DNA from: Octopus sinensis
Lineage: Eukaryota
Reading direction: 5' to 3'
Length of the DNA stretch: 7,846 nt
Assembly: GCF_006345805.1 (NCBI RefSeq)
Contig: NW_021828750.1
Location: 1-7,846 of the forward strand
This document shows positions 1 through 7,278 of this stretch, one piece after another; the first letter of the stretch is position 1, and each line of letters begins with the position of its first letter. Position numbers and translations under genes: made by a program. The notes below the pieces were generated by a model that worked only from the letters and a program-made list of their open reading frames with translations, did no database searches and had not been told where the DNA came from.

Positions 1-320
1 TTAAACAACGGAGGAAACATCTTTATATAAACCGTCAACAGACATTTCCGATCTTATCTGTTGAAATAGTCGCTTCGAGAAACATACGATGAAGGAACAG
101 ACGTGGGTGTTGGTATTGAATTGCTCCTCGTGGTCTCAACATCTGCTAGAAATAATACATCTATCTTAGATCATTGCTACAAATAGCAGCAGGGCATATT
201 ATAAACAATGGTGACAAACGTATAAGGAAATGTGATTGTGACTTCGGAAATATTTTTTAAAATTTTGGTTGCTCAGTCAGAAAGGTTCTGCGGAAAACAC
301 CAGCAATGAGAATACCTAGA

Positions 321-610
321 TGGCGTTCCGTCAGTTTAAGACGACGAGGGTTCCAGCTCGCACCAGCCTGCTCGGGATATTAACACACAAGTGGCTGAGT
401 ACCCCACAGGCAAGCGTACTCTTAACGTAGTTCTCAGGGATATTTGGCGTGAACTGAATGTGACAAGGCTGGTCCTTTGAAATACAGGCATTTTGCCAAC
501 TGAGCGGGGCTGAAGCAATGTGAAATAATGAGTCTTGTTGCTCAAGAATGCAACACGTTACCGCGAATCGAACTCACAACCTTAAGATCATAAGCCCAAT
601 ACTATGCGCC
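321..610 (-). mobile_element. tRNA-derived SINE (family B here), near full length, degenerate A box
   Basis: Minus strand starts GGCGCATAGT, has a Pol III B box GTTCGATTC (565-573) and then a CORE/V-like TTCTTGAGCAA motif. Body and end (GAGAACTACGTTAAG...GGAACCCTCGTCGTC...GACGGAACGCCA) match my recollection of an abundant Octopus SINE. No TSD seen. Confidence 0.8.
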
Positions 611-874
611 TACGACAATAACAAAGTAAACTAGCTAACTAGGATGATTGAGCTTGATCGTTTAGTTAGTATTAACTTAGTCCTAAAAACACGGGATTGT
701 CATGGTTGGAAGCTCTTCTTTATGACTTGTACAGAAGTGACGAGTAGGATCAAATCCTCATCACAGCCCCTGCAGGACTGGTAGTAGGGAGAGTGAAACG
801 CATTCTTAAAAATTTGACCTGACTCAAATGCTTGCAATAAGGGTTGACCCTTTCGTCAAAGAGACCAAGGTCCA

Positions 875-965
875 GGTGGTGGTGGTGGTGGTGGTGGTGG
901 TGGTCGCAGTTGTGATGGTAGTGGTGGAGTGGTGGTGGTAGTGGAGGTGTTCTTGGTGATGGTGT
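875..965 (+). repeat. (GGT)10 microsatellite with degenerate G/T-rich extension
   Basis: Perfect GGT x10 at 875-904, degenerate to about 965; source of the poly-His in ORF 750..998. Confidence 0.95.
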
Positions 966-1002
966 TAAACTGGATGCTCCATTAAGTCTGCTGTTCAATA
1001 TG

Positions 1003-1075
1003 TCTGTGTGTGTGTTTGTGTGCGTGTGTGCGCGTGTGAATGTGTGTTTGGATGTATGTATGCGTGTCTATAAAT
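1003..1075 (+). repeat. degenerate (GT)n microsatellite
   Basis: Interrupted tgtg/gcgt runs. Confidence 0.85.
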
Positions 1076-1094
1076 ATATGTATACGCGGTCCTA

Positions 1095-1123
1095 AACAAC
1101 AACAGCAACTACTACTACTACTA

Positions 1124-1211
<88 letters not shown>
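1095..1211 (+). repeat. compound trinucleotide microsatellite (CAA)n-(CTA)n-(TAA)n
   Basis: CAA/CAG units 1095-1108, CTA run about 1109-1179 with one interruption near 1124, TAA run to 1211. Confidence 0.95.
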
Positions 1212-1214
<3 letters not shown>

Positions 1215-1654
1215 ATAAAAGAATTTTATCGGATTACGGCAAACAGTACCTAACATATATACATATTTACTGAGCATGCGCACTGGGGATCTAACGCCGT
1301 TATTATATTACATGTTCATTTTGTACTGCCGAGAGAGTGTCGACAATTTCACTGACAGCGTAAAGAATGAGTATTTCTCTATAATGGTAATATGCACAAG
1401 TACAAATAATTTCGTAGCTTTGGTTGCTCATCAGAGAGAACTTACCTGCTTTCGTGTCTCAAGAAAAAAATATGTAAATAAATAAATGAATAATGAACTG
1501 AGACATATAGCAGTCATAAATTAGAATATCACCGTATTGGATTACGTAAACAACTCCAAATGTTTTCCCGTACATTAAGAGTACAGAAGAAATGTGTTTG
1601 CGTTCGTATATTTCGTGCGTTGGCACTTATTTTTCTTGTTTCCATCACAATACT

Positions 1655-1683
1655 TATATAAATACATATATATATATATACAC

Positions 1684-1716
<33 letters not shown>

Positions 1717-1770
1717 TATCTGATATATAGACATACAAACACATATATGATATGTAAATATACATACATA
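1655..1770. repeat. (TA)n-rich microsatellite
   Basis: Interrupted TA runs. Confidence 0.9.
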
Positions 1771-1794
1771 TAAATAATATCGAAATAAAAATCA

Positions 1795-1846
<52 letters not shown>

Positions 1847-1905
1847 CTCTTACTCCCTCTTTCTCTTCTCTCCTCCTTCTCACTCCCCTCTTCGTCTCTC
1901 TCTTT
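1795..1905 (+). repeat. (ATCT)~13 tetranucleotide repeat followed by a CT-rich tract
   Basis: ATCT array 1795-1846, polypyrimidine tract to about 1905. Confidence 0.93.
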
Positions 1906-2215
1906 ATATGTATATATATATATATATATACAACTACATAAAACCACATACATGTACAACTGAGTGTTTGCTTGTTTGTGTTCGTGCGTGCTTGTGTGGT
2001 GTGTGTGTGTGTGTGTGTGTGTATGCGTGTGTGTATGTATTTGCGCGTGTGTGTGTCTGTCTGTCTTCCTATGTCGGTGCCTGTGATACATACAGTCCGG
2101 TTTTTCGGTGTAAGCTGATATAGTTGCAACACACACACGCACACCACACGCACACATACACACACATACTACATACATACATACATATATACACACATAC
2201 ATACACACACACATA
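1906..2215. repeat. compound (TA)n / (GT)n / (CA)n microsatellite field
   Basis: TA run about 1906-1930, GT-type run about 1998-2060, CA/CATA run about 2128-2215. Confidence 0.9.
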
Positions 2216-2569
2216 TGAAGCAACTTCTCTTAGTCTGTCATTGAGTACCTCACACGTTTTATTAGGCTACCATATCTGTTTCATTTCACGTTCTGTTCCG
2301 TCTCACAACCCTATGTTGTTGGCTTTGTTAGTATAGTGGCGCCATCTATGGTTCGGTTTTTATTTAATTTTTATTCCTTATTTATTTCAGCTTAATACAA
2401 TCTCGTTCTGCAACTTGGTGACAACTGGTGTCAGTTTTTTAAGGAGGTGTTCGATGTGTTTTTGTGTACTGAAGATGTATTTCAGCGTTTTAGCTATTTG
2501 TTTAACGAAACAACTGTCTGTATGTCTATCTTCGTATCTATTCCAGGCAATCTTTTTCTCTCTCTTTCA

Positions 2570-2628
2570 TTCCATGTATATATACCTATGTTTGTATGTA
2601 TGTACATGCGTATATGCATGTACATATG

Positions 2629-2660
<32 letters not shown>

Positions 2661-2968
2661 TTTACACATACATATATATAAATATATAGATATATACATA
2701 TATTCTTCCTTCCGTATATTGGATAAGTTTACGTACACATAGATATTTACATATATGTATATATATATATGTGTGTATATATAATATATATATATATCTA
2801 AATATATATATATATATATTATATATATATATATATACATTTACACATACATATATATAAAATTATACATATATACGTATATCTTCTTCCTTCCGTATAT
2901 ATGGATAAGTTTACGTACACATAGGTATATACATATATGTATATATATATATATGTATGTGTATGTAT

Positions 2969-3050
<82 letters not shown>

Positions 3051-3072
3051 CGAGTATGTATATATATGCATA

Positions 3073-3120
<48 letters not shown>

Positions 3121-3127
3121 GTGTGTG
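2570..3127. repeat. (TA)n-rich field containing a ~180-bp tandem duplication
   Basis: GGATAAGTTTACGTACACATAG occurs at 2721 and 2903; CATTTACACATACATATATATAAA occurs at 2659 and 2838. Confidence 0.92.
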
Positions 3128-3467
3128 TTCTTTTATTCTTTTATTGTTTCATTTGTTTCGGTCATTTGACTGTGGCCATGCTGGAGCACAGCCTTTATTT
3201 GAGCAGATCGACCCCAGGTCTTATTCTTTGCGACCCTAGTACATCGTTTGTCAGTCGATGTTGGGGGACAAACGCAGACACAAACATATACACACATACA
3301 TATATATATACACATACATACGACGGGCTTCTTTCAGTTTCCCTCTACCAAATCCACTCACAAGGCTTTGGGCGGCCCAAGGCTATAGTAGAAGACACTT
3401 TGCCCAAGGTTCCACGGAATCATGTGGTTGGTAAGCAAGCTACTTACCATGCAGCTACTCTTGCGCC
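3128..3467 (-). mobile_element. tRNA-derived SINE family A, copy 1 (internally deleted, B box lost)
   Basis: Reverse complement aligns along 4223-4634 (3318-3366 vs 4336-4384: 47/49 identical). 5' end GGCGCAAGAGTAGCTGCATGGTAAG, tail of (AATAAAAG)-like units. Two deletions (17 and 58 nt) relative to copy 2. Confidence 0.9.
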
Positions 3468-3671
3468 TATGGAGGCTCTTCAGATAAAATCTATAGAAAA
3501 TTTCCATGCGTTTTATATGATTTAAATCGAAAAGAGGATGGTGTTTTGTTCAGAAAAGGCGTCGACGAGAAAGATGAGGCAGGACCGGAGGAGAGAAAGA
3601 CAGAGAGGATAGAGGAGAGAAATGACAGCAGAAATGGAGAGATGATATATTTGGGGATGGTCTGTAATTAA

Positions 3672-3807
3672 AGGTTTCAAATTTTGCCGCAAGGGCAGCA
3701 ATTTTGGGGAGGGTTATGAGTCGATTATATCAACGCTAGTTTTCAACTGGTACTTGTTTTTTCGTCCACGAAATGATGAAAGCAAAGTCGACCTTGGCGG
3801 AATTTGA
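3672..3807 (-). mobile_element. 5'-truncated SINE fragment (family C) with 15-bp target-site duplication
   Basis: Minus strand begins TTCAAATTCCGCCAAGGTCGACTTTGC (a B-box remnant) and resembles a recalled Octopus SINE 3' half. Flanked by ATGGTCTGTAATTAA (3657-3671) and ATGGGCTGTAATTAA (3808-3822), 14/15 identical. Confidence 0.8.
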
Positions 3808-3824
3808 ATGGGCTGTAATTAATA

Positions 3825-3910
3825 GGAGAAAGAAAGGAGGTACAAGAAAGGAAGGAAAAGAGAAAGAAAAGAAGAAGAAAAATTAGAAAATATCAGAAAG
3901 ACAGAAAGGG
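3825..3910 (+). repeat. polypurine (GA-rich) low-complexity tract
   Basis: Almost exclusively A/G. Confidence 0.8.
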
Positions 3911-4222
3911 ACGTTTTTTTCCAAATTTGGTTGTGTCGATGGGGTCAGTTTGTTAGAGTCTAATTACAATTCAAATTATCAATTTTGACTTGGTCATTGC
4001 TTTGGAAAGCATTTTTCTCTTTCTTCCTCTCTCCCTCTCTCCATTTCTCTTATTATATACATGTTAACGTGTGTGTAAATATACACATACATACAGCTAC
4101 ACACACACATACACACACATGCACTACACCCAAAATATCTCACAGCCTTCTTCTGTCTCTCTGTCTCTCTCTTTTTCTCCTTCTCTAATTGTCATATTAA
4201 CATAGTTGTAAATATATGTATA

Positions 4223-4634
4223 CAGGAGTGGCTGTGTGGTAAGTAGCTTGCTAACCAACCACATGGTTCCGGGTTCAGTCCCACTGCGTGGCATCTTGTG
4301 CAAGTGTCTTCTGCTATAGCCCCGGGCCGACCAATGCCTTGTGAGTGGATTTGGTAGACGGAAACTGAAAGAAGCCTGTCGTATATATGTATATATATAT
4401 ATATAAGTGTGTGTGTGTATATGTTTGTGTGTCTGTGTTTGTCCCCCTAGCATTGCTTGACAACCGATGCTGGTGTGTTTACGTCCCCGTCACTTAACGG
4501 TTCGGCAAAAGAGACCGATACAATAAGTACTGGGCTTACAAAGAATAAGTCCCGGCGTCGATTTGCTCGACTAAAGGCGGTGCTCCAGCATGGCCGCAGT
4601 CAAATGACTGAAGCAAGTAAAAGAGTAAAAGAGT
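4223..4634 (+). mobile_element. tRNA-derived SINE family A, copy 2 (near full length)
   Basis: A box TGGCTGTGTGG (4229-4239), B box-like GGTTCAGTCCC (4272-4282), CORE-like CATCTTGTGCAAGTGTCTT, internal (TA)n(TG)n linker, 3' end GGCGGTGCTCCAGCATGGCCGCAGTC and (AAAAGAGT)-type tail. Second copy in this window; resembles described octopus tRNA-derived SINEs (OK/OR1/OR2 group, exact family not assigned). Confidence 0.92.
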
Positions 4635-5074
4635 ATATACTGTGTCTTCCTCTCTTTCTTCCTCTCCTCCTTTCCTTCTTCTTTTCTCTTTCTCCTTTTT
4701 CTAAACAAAACAGCATCCTCTTTTCCATTTGTATAAAAGACAAAGAAATTTTCTGTAAAAGTTATCTGAAGAGTCACTATCGACTGGAAGAAAGCTAAAG
4801 AATTATCCAAAATTAATAATTATCCAAAATTATAACCACATACTTTTTTTAATACATTAAATCTATACGTCATTTCAAACAATCTACATATACGCGCATG
4901 AGCACACACACACACGTACACACACACATGCACACACTTACACATATATTTCACAAAAACACACATTTAGTGCTGATTGGCAAAGAAATTATTACTGGAG
5001 ATCAAAGTATTGATTAAAAATATCTATTTTATTCGAGTAAGTCTCGTCTCTTACTAATAGGAATCGTAGCTTAC

Positions 5075-5112
5075 CTGAAGACAGAATGAGTTGTAGAATG
5101 CTAAAGAAAGAT
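5075..5112 (-). other. candidate micro-exon (38 or 26 nt) or AG/GT recursive-type site
   Basis: Minus-strand acceptors TTGCAG (exon from 5112) or CTTTCTTTAG (exon from 5100); donor CAG/GTAAGC at 5075/5074. Confidence 0.25.
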
Positions 5113-5159
5113 CTGCAATTTAAACTCGAATTCCTTCGTCCATAACAAGTAGCACTTAC

Positions 5160-5217
5160 TTATAAGAACAATTTTGTGGAACGGGTACGTAGGCAGAACA
5201 AAAAGAAAAATGTAGAC
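5160..5217 (-). other. candidate 58-nt spliced exon (unknown transcript)
   Basis: Minus strand: branch-like TACTAAT (5247-5253), T-rich tract, TAG acceptor (5218-5220), exon, then GTAAGT donor (5154-5159). Two of three frames are open; no recognisable protein. Confidence 0.4.
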
Positions 5218-5360
5218 CTAAGTAGAGGATACAAACAAACAAATAAATTAGTAACGTTATTAAGTCTTGCGCAAGATTCCATGTGGTTATGTCCCTTTGC
5301 TTATATATGTAAATATGTGTGTTTGTGAGTGTGTATGTGTGCGCGTTTGCGTGCTTATGA

Positions 5361-5396
5361 AGATAGATAGATTGGAAGTTAGATAGACAGATAGAC

Positions 5397-5448
<52 letters not shown>

Positions 5449-5451
5449 TGA

Positions 5452-5513
<62 letters not shown>
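5361..5513 (+). repeat. compound (GATA)n-GATTG-(AAAG)8-(ATAG)7 microsatellite, left copy
   Basis: (GATA)12 at 5398-5445, GATTG 5446-5450, (AAAG)8 5451-5482, (ATAG)7 5483-5510. Confidence 0.95.
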
Positions 5514-5514
<1 letters not shown>

Positions 5515-5771
5515 GTTTCTTTATTGGCCACACAGGGCTGCACACAGATGGGACAAGTTACGAGGTAGAGCTTTTCTTTTGGGGGATGAAAAAAAAAGGG
5601 TGGCGTAGGTTTTCGATCAAAAGGGATCGTAAAAGGGAAAAAAGAACAAAAAAAAAGGAAAAGAAAAAAAGAAAAAAGGGAAAAGGAACAAAGGAAAAGA
5701 AAAATGAAAAAAGAAGAAAAAAGAGGAAAAAAGGGGAGGAGGAAAAAAATGATCAATAGGGATCGTGTATC
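5514..5771 (-). mobile_element. putative 5'-truncated non-LTR retroelement 3' end (3' UTR-like) inside a GATA array
   Basis: Minus strand has a long T-rich tract, twin GATC hairpin motifs and AATAAA (5520-5525) directly before the (TATC)n array. Flanked on both sides by the same compound microsatellite. No coding remnant, so the family cannot be assigned. Confidence 0.6.
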
Positions 5772-5773
5772 AC

Positions 5774-5825
<52 letters not shown>

Positions 5826-5883
5826 TGAAAGAAAGAAAAAAGAAAGAAAGATAGATAGATGATAGATAGATGGATAGATAGAT
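5772..5883 (+). repeat. compound (GATA)12-GATTG-(AAAG)n-(ATAG)n microsatellite, right copy
   Basis: (GATA)12 at 5775-5822, GATTG 5823-5827, AAAG-type tract 5828-5850, degenerate ATAG to 5883. Confidence 0.95.
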
Positions 5884-5913
5884 AAAGAGAGTGTGTGTGT
5901 TTCATTGATGTTC

Positions 5914-6130
5914 AGATCCTAAAGTCTTGCCGTTAGTTTCATATAACTGACCATCAGGTTGAAATGTAGTTTTGGACCCATACGTTGTTACTACCTCATT
6001 ACGGGGCGATTTTTTGGATGTGTACAAGCACACTCACTTATTTCAGCTTGTGTATTCCATTCACTTTATATACATTTTATTGTGGACTTACTTCTATTAT
6101 ATCAAAGCTTGCTAGATCCTAAAGTCTTGC
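5914..6130 (+). repeat. 17-bp perfect direct repeat pair, 200 bp apart
   Basis: AGATCCTAAAGTCTTGC at 5914-5930 and 6114-6130. Confidence 0.9.
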
Positions 6131-6404
6131 TACACCGGCTGAAGAATCTAGCGGTCAATGAAACATCAACATACCAGGGAATTAGCGTGAGATTAAAAAT
6201 AAGCTTATATGTTTATGTGTGTAATCGGGATTCCTTCTTTATGTCAGCCATTTCCCGAAGACATTGGTAATAATCGCTTGTAATGAACTTGTTAATTGAA
6301 CTACAAAGAGCCATGAATAAATTTTCTGATTAGACATTTTGACCTATGCTTTCTGATGATTATCTGTGTCTTGTAGCTAGACATACACACTCACACACAC
6401 ACAC

Positions 6405-6500
6405 GTGCACACACACACACGTGCACACACACACACGTGCACACACACACACGTGCACACACACACACGTGCACACACACACACGTGCACACACACACAC
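6405..6500 (+). repeat. minisatellite, 6 perfect copies of GTGCACACACACACAC
   Basis: Units start at 6405, 6421, 6437, 6453, 6469 and 6485. Confidence 0.97.
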
Positions 6501-6564
6501 GTATTGTTGTATAATTTGTGTCAGTGTGATTATAGAAATACTGTTCTGCGAAAATAACGAATGA

Positions 6565-6630
6565 GAGATTAAAAGAGAGAGAGAGAGAGGGGGGGATGGA
6601 GAGGGAAAGACAAAAAGAGATAGATATAAA
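6565..6630 (+). repeat. (GA)n / purine-rich tract
   Basis: GAGA run followed by a G run and A/G-rich sequence. Confidence 0.8.
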
Positions 6631-7171
6631 AGAAACGGTGGAAGAGAAAACCAGATAAGATTAGCTAAAATCATAGATGTTCATATACAGTGTATAAACT
6701 GGCACACTTTATCATACAGCGAACACTTTCCCAGTTTTAGAGTATCGTTTCATCTCCACCATGAAAACATAAACATATACATTTTATGTGTATTTGTATG
6801 GGTATGTATAAGTGTCATTATGAGTGTATGCATGTGTACACTTTGGTTCTGTGTGACATCATATACAAGCATGTAACCTCACGTTTGTGCGTATACCTTT
6901 ATATATAGGCCTAGGTTTTAGTTTCATTTACCACACAACTCGGCAGGGATGTATGTAAAACACATGCAAATACACAGAAATGCACATATATACGCGATAT
7001 AAATAATATAATGCAAAATGCGCGTGTGTGAGTGTGTGTGTGTGAATGTTCGTACGTTTGTGTATATAAGATCTTATTAAAATGTTTAATGCAAATATAT
7101 ATAACATTCATAAAATTATTAAACATATACGTATTAGTATTAACATAAAAACTATTGCTAAATGTTATAAA

Positions 7172-7246
7172 AATAATATAAATGCAATGAAATAATAGAA
7201 AGGAAACATAAGTAAATAATATAGATATATGTTATAAATAAAAGAC

Positions 7247-7278
<32 letters not shown>

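Noticed and set aside
60-730. Possible older repeat (about 60-180 and 680-730) interrupted by the SINE at 321-610
   Set aside because: Rests only on vague recall of short motifs (ACATCTGCTAGAAATA; GGGATTGTCATGGTTGGAA) and cannot be supported from this window. A RepeatMasker run with a cephalopod library would decide.
875-965. G-quadruplex potential of the (GGT)n tract
   Set aside because: Only GG runs (two-tier at best), a generic property of this microsatellite.
1271-1282. TGAGCATGCGCA, a near match to the NRF1 palindrome
   Set aside because: Single imperfect motif with no CpG-rich or promoter-like context.
2365-2520. Strong plus-strand acceptor TTTTTATTCCTTATTTATTTCAG (ends 2390) with a possible exon to 2519
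   Set aside because: Only weak donors follow (TCT/GTATGT), two frames stop quickly, and the open-frame peptide is uninformative. The tract is equally explained as the antisense of an A-rich AATAAA region.
4223-4300. tRNA-like A and B boxes
   Set aside because: They are the head of a SINE and continue into SINE body and tail; no complete cloverleaf is evident. The same applies to 560-610.
4801-4832. 15-bp tandem duplication AATTATCCAAAATTA (4801, 4818)
   Set aside because: Real but ordinary short slippage duplication in AT-rich DNA.
5265-5276. 12-bp palindrome TCTTGCGCAAGA
   Set aside because: Isolated short palindrome within chance expectation; no supporting context.
6405-6500. Regularly spaced repeats as a CRISPR array
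   Set aside because: Head-to-tail units with no unique spacers, in a eukaryotic context.
336-7126. All ORFs in the supplied six-frame track, including the 190-aa ORF 2953..3525 and the 113-aa ORF 4457..4798
   Set aside because: They translate microsatellites (YI, HT, CV, LSIY, poly-H/S/I runs) or read through SINE sequence, often from non-ATG starts. No recognisable domain.
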